NCBI GenBank assembly: GCA_016932575.1
Contig: JAFGCO010000011.1
Coordinates: 108,321 to 172,320, forward strand
Source: a bacterium
Lineage (GTDB): Bacteria > Zhuqueibacterota > QNDG01 > JAFGCO01
DNA: 64,000 nucleotides
Reading direction: 5' to 3'
Each line of letters begins with the position of its first letter. Position 1 is the stretch's first letter. Shown here piece by piece: positions 62,027 to 64,000 of this stretch. Both the position numbers and the translations under genes were made by a program. The notes beneath the pieces are model-generated. The model saw only the letters and a program-made list of their open reading frames with translations. It did no database searches and had not been told where the DNA came from.

Positions 62027-62050
62027 GAATTCCGCATCCGTGCGGAATTC
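62027..62050. repeat. 10-bp-stem palindrome GAATTCCGCA-TCCG-TGCGGAATTC
   Basis: Direct reading, intergenic. Confidence 0.5.
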
Positions 62051-62081
62051 GCGGAGCGCTTTAGCGATCCACTGCGAACAT

Positions 62082-62094
62082 GGGTTCTACGATT
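62082..62094. repeat. left 13-bp inverted repeat (GGGTTCTACGATT) flanking TA cassette
   Basis: Exact reverse complement of 62766-62778. Confidence 0.6.
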
Positions 62095-62399
62095 TAATAT
62101 TTGTCTTGATAAATTTCAGCTTTTCGAATTTGACGATGACCTTCAAACACAGTCAAAATATTAATTCTTCCCTCACCGAGGCCATATACTATTCGATATC
62201 CTTTAATCAATAATTCCCGGATATTGCTATCCATGAATTCAGGCACAATGCGGCCCATTTTTGGATTATCTACAATCATCAGCGTTTGATCAACCAAATA
62301 ATCCGTGAACTCAACAGCTTTTACTTCATTATCTTCAGCGATGAAGGCTTCTATTTCGATAAGCCTGTGTAAAGCTTCCTTCGACCAGACAATCTTCAT
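62094..62399 (-). CDS. type II toxin, RelE/ParE family
   Basis: 101 aa; ParE/RelE-like C-terminus (YRIVYGLGEGRINILTVFEGHRQ); overlaps antitoxin stop by 4 nt. Confidence 0.85.
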   Translation of the reverse strand: MKIVWSKEALHRLIEIEAFIAEDNEVKAVEFTDYLVDQTLMIVDNPKMGRIVPEFMDSNIRELLIKGYRIVYGLGEGRINILTVFEGHRQIRKAEIYQDKY

Positions 62400-62689
62400 T
62401 GAGAATTCCTTGCAGTTCTGGCCATTTTGATTTTCTCTTTCACCTGATCAGTTGTATAGTATTCACCTGATTCAATGTCCTGCTGCCCCTGGTTAACCGA
62501 GTTAACAAAGGAATTTTGATATGTCAACTTATCGTATTCATTGGGTGTTAAAACAACGCCGGCCGGTCTGCCATTTTGAGTAATAACAAGATGGCGCCCT
62601 GTTTCATTCAACGATTTAAGAAATTTTGATATACCCGTCTTAAATTCACCCATGGGGATAATATCTTCTGAAATTGTAAGCTTTTTCAT
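62396..62689 (-). CDS. type II antitoxin, Phd/YefM family
   Basis: VITQNGRPAGVVLTPNEYDKL core; start at ATG 62689 (M12) with AGGAG upstream; palindromic operator-like site ATACCTAAATATAGGTAT upstream. Confidence 0.75.
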   Translation of the reverse strand: MKKLTISEDIIPMGEFKTGISKFLKSLNETGRHLVITQNGRPAGVVLTPNEYDKLTYQNSFVNSVNQGQQDIESGEYYTTDQVKEKIKMARTARNSQ

Positions 62690-62765
62690 GTTTTTTACTC
62701 CTATATTTAAGCCTATATTCATACCTAAATATAGGTATTTATTTTGATCAATTCAAGATATTCTT

Positions 62766-62778
62766 AATCGTAGAACCC
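62766..62778. repeat. right 13-bp inverted repeat (AATCGTAGAACCC) flanking TA cassette
   Basis: Exact reverse complement of 62082-62094. Confidence 0.6.
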
Positions 62779-63080
62779 CTAAACATAACTTGCGCAAAAG
62801 CAACCGATCACATATCGAAGCTGATATTTGGACACCACATTCAAAAATGAAATTCAAGTACCGCTTTTGCATCCAGTTTATGTTTTTGTTGAGACTGTCA
62901 AAAAACCTGTATATTTCCCAATTTATTCCACTTGTCAAACAATTCAATCACTCATTAAGCAAATCTTTTCATCACAACCCGGAAATCCTTCATTATATCT
63001 CCGGGGCTACCCATTTTCCTGATATCCTTATGCAAAACCTGCCCCATAATTCACGATCTTCTCAATGTTGTGAATATGAT

Positions 63081-63131
63081 CGTTCCAGGGTTGTACCCTG
63101 GAACGCACTATGTTGGAGGGCTGTGCCCTCC
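63081..63131. repeat. pair of REP-like hairpins immediately 3' of RAYT gene
   Basis: CGTTCCAGGG-TTGTA-CCCTGGAACG and GGAGGGC-TGT-GCCCTCC; second overlaps the RAYT stop codon. Confidence 0.55.
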
Positions 63132-63676
63132 TACTTCAAACAATCCTTGTTGAGGGATATAATGCTTTCATCATCCAGTATCCAGTTTCTGGCACTGCTG
63201 TATTTCCAATGCTCCGGTTTTTCCACAAATCCCTTTCGGACTGGATTATAATGGAGATAATCCATTTTTTCATTGAACCATTTTTCGGATAATAAAGCGA
63301 CAGGATGATAATCATCCTTCCATATCTTGTACTTTTGTTTGGGAAGATTACAGGCAGCTTTTTCAAATACTTCCAGATATTGGATCCGTTTATCATATAC
63401 AAGTAAATCTTTAATTCTTTTTGAAGTGAATTGTCGAAAATCTCTCATGATATCTGATAAATTTGTTTCATCAGAATTTGAAGTAATTAAATGTAAATGT
63501 GTTGGCATGATGATAAATCCCAGAAGATATAACCCCTTGTTTTCCTGACAATATTTCAAACTGTCAATGATGACCTGAAAGTATTTGTCCTCCTGAAATA
63601 TCGGAATCCAGGCAATGATTGTGCAGGTTGAATAATAGAAACCTGTTTCAGCGGTGTATATTCTGTATCGTTTCAT
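63131..63676 (-). CDS. REP-associated tyrosine transposase (RAYT, IS200/IS605-like Y1 HUH enzyme)
   Basis: 181 aa; HUH motif MPTHLHLI, C-terminal YNPVRKGFVEKPEHWKYSS block. Confidence 0.8.
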   Translation of the reverse strand: MKRYRIYTAETGFYYSTCTIIAWIPIFQEDKYFQVIIDSLKYCQENKGLYLLGFIIMPTHLHLITSNSDETNLSDIMRDFRQFTSKRIKDLLVYDKRIQYLEVFEKAACNLPKQKYKIWKDDYHPVALLSEKWFNEKMDYLHYNPVRKGFVEKPEHWKYSSARNWILDDESIISLNKDCLK

Positions 63677-63698
63677 TTAGTCGATTCTGGTCATTCAT

Positions 63699-63715
63699 GG
63701 AAGGCACAGCCTTCC
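63699..63715. repeat. REP-like hairpin GGAAGGC-ACA-GCCTTCC
   Basis: Same family as 63115-63131 in opposite orientation, one base-pair difference. Confidence 0.5.
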
Positions 63716-63718
63716 TTT

Positions 63719-64000
63719 TTATCCGCCCAGAGGTAGGAACCTCTGAGCGATCAGATACTCGTCCTGCCATATCTTGATTTTTGTACCCTGACGCTTGCCG
63801 GCTTTCCGAAATATGTGAAGTAACAATCTTTCATTGTTCTGTTCAAGAAGTTTTACTGTTTCAGTGGATGTATAGCGTTTGAAATCGCGAATGATTCCGG
63901 TTAAATCGTAACCTTCTTTGCATGAAATCATATAATGGATATGGTTCAGCATAACAACGAGTCCAAATAGAAGAAGTCCCTTTTCTTTTCTGCAATAATT
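63719..64000 (-). CDS. second RAYT paralog, C-terminally truncated, 5' end beyond window
   Basis: HUH region MLNHIHYMIS and ...KIKIWQDEY aligns with the intact RAYT but stops about 55 codons early; reading frame continues to the window edge. Confidence 0.65.
   Translation of the reverse strand, partial: NYCRKEKGLLLFGLVVMLNHIHYMISCKEGYDLTGIIRDFKRYTSTETVKLLEQNNERLLLHIFRKAGKRQGTKIKIWQDEYLIAQRFLPLGG

Noticed and set aside
62027-62778. Integron gene cassette with attC site carrying the toxin-antitoxin pair
   Set aside because: No integrase or attI in the window and the flanking repeats lack the GTTRRRY core of attC sites; kept only as an inverted-repeat-bounded cassette
62790-63251. 153-aa plus-strand ORF between the TA cassette and the RAYT gene
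   Set aside because: Overlaps the RAYT coding region on the opposite strand and spans the REP hairpins; no recognisable domain

Overview
64-kb chromosomal window from a Gram-negative bacterium, probably a member of the FCB superphylum (two secreted proteins carry type IX secretion C-terminal sorting domains; AAGGAG-type Shine-Dalgarno sites are common). Most genes are on the minus strand. Content: a phosphate-uptake locus (porin-pstS-pstC-pstA-pstB with divergent phoU) followed by a 1.4-kb non-coding tract packed with a CT-rich repeat family; housekeeping genes (dus, rpmB, recG, valS, accA, purE, pckG); a GH130 phosphorylase with a Na/solute symporter; a radical-SAM/SPASM maturase; a four-gene signalling cluster (GAF histidine kinase, sigma54 activator, two receiver proteins) plus further kinases and receivers. 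The most unusual part is a long operon of lipid-linked glycosylation genes (three GT2, a flippase-like protein, a GT2/polyprenyl glycosylphosphotransferase fusion, a DUF2723/TPR GT-C enzyme) divergently paired with a 1071-aa secreted protein that combines a twin-arginine signal, three tandem DUF362-like modules and a T9SS tail. The 3' end is a small accessory island: orphan higA with a decayed higB, a relE/parE-phd cassette bounded by 13-bp inverted repeats, and two tandem REP-associated tyrosine transposase genes with REP-like hairpins. No rRNA, tRNA or CRISPR array was recognised. All calls come from motif-level reading of the translated ORFs and the raw sequence; no database search was run, so family names (DUF362, DUF2723, DUF4139, GH130, CBM9) are recognitions that need HMM confirmation.
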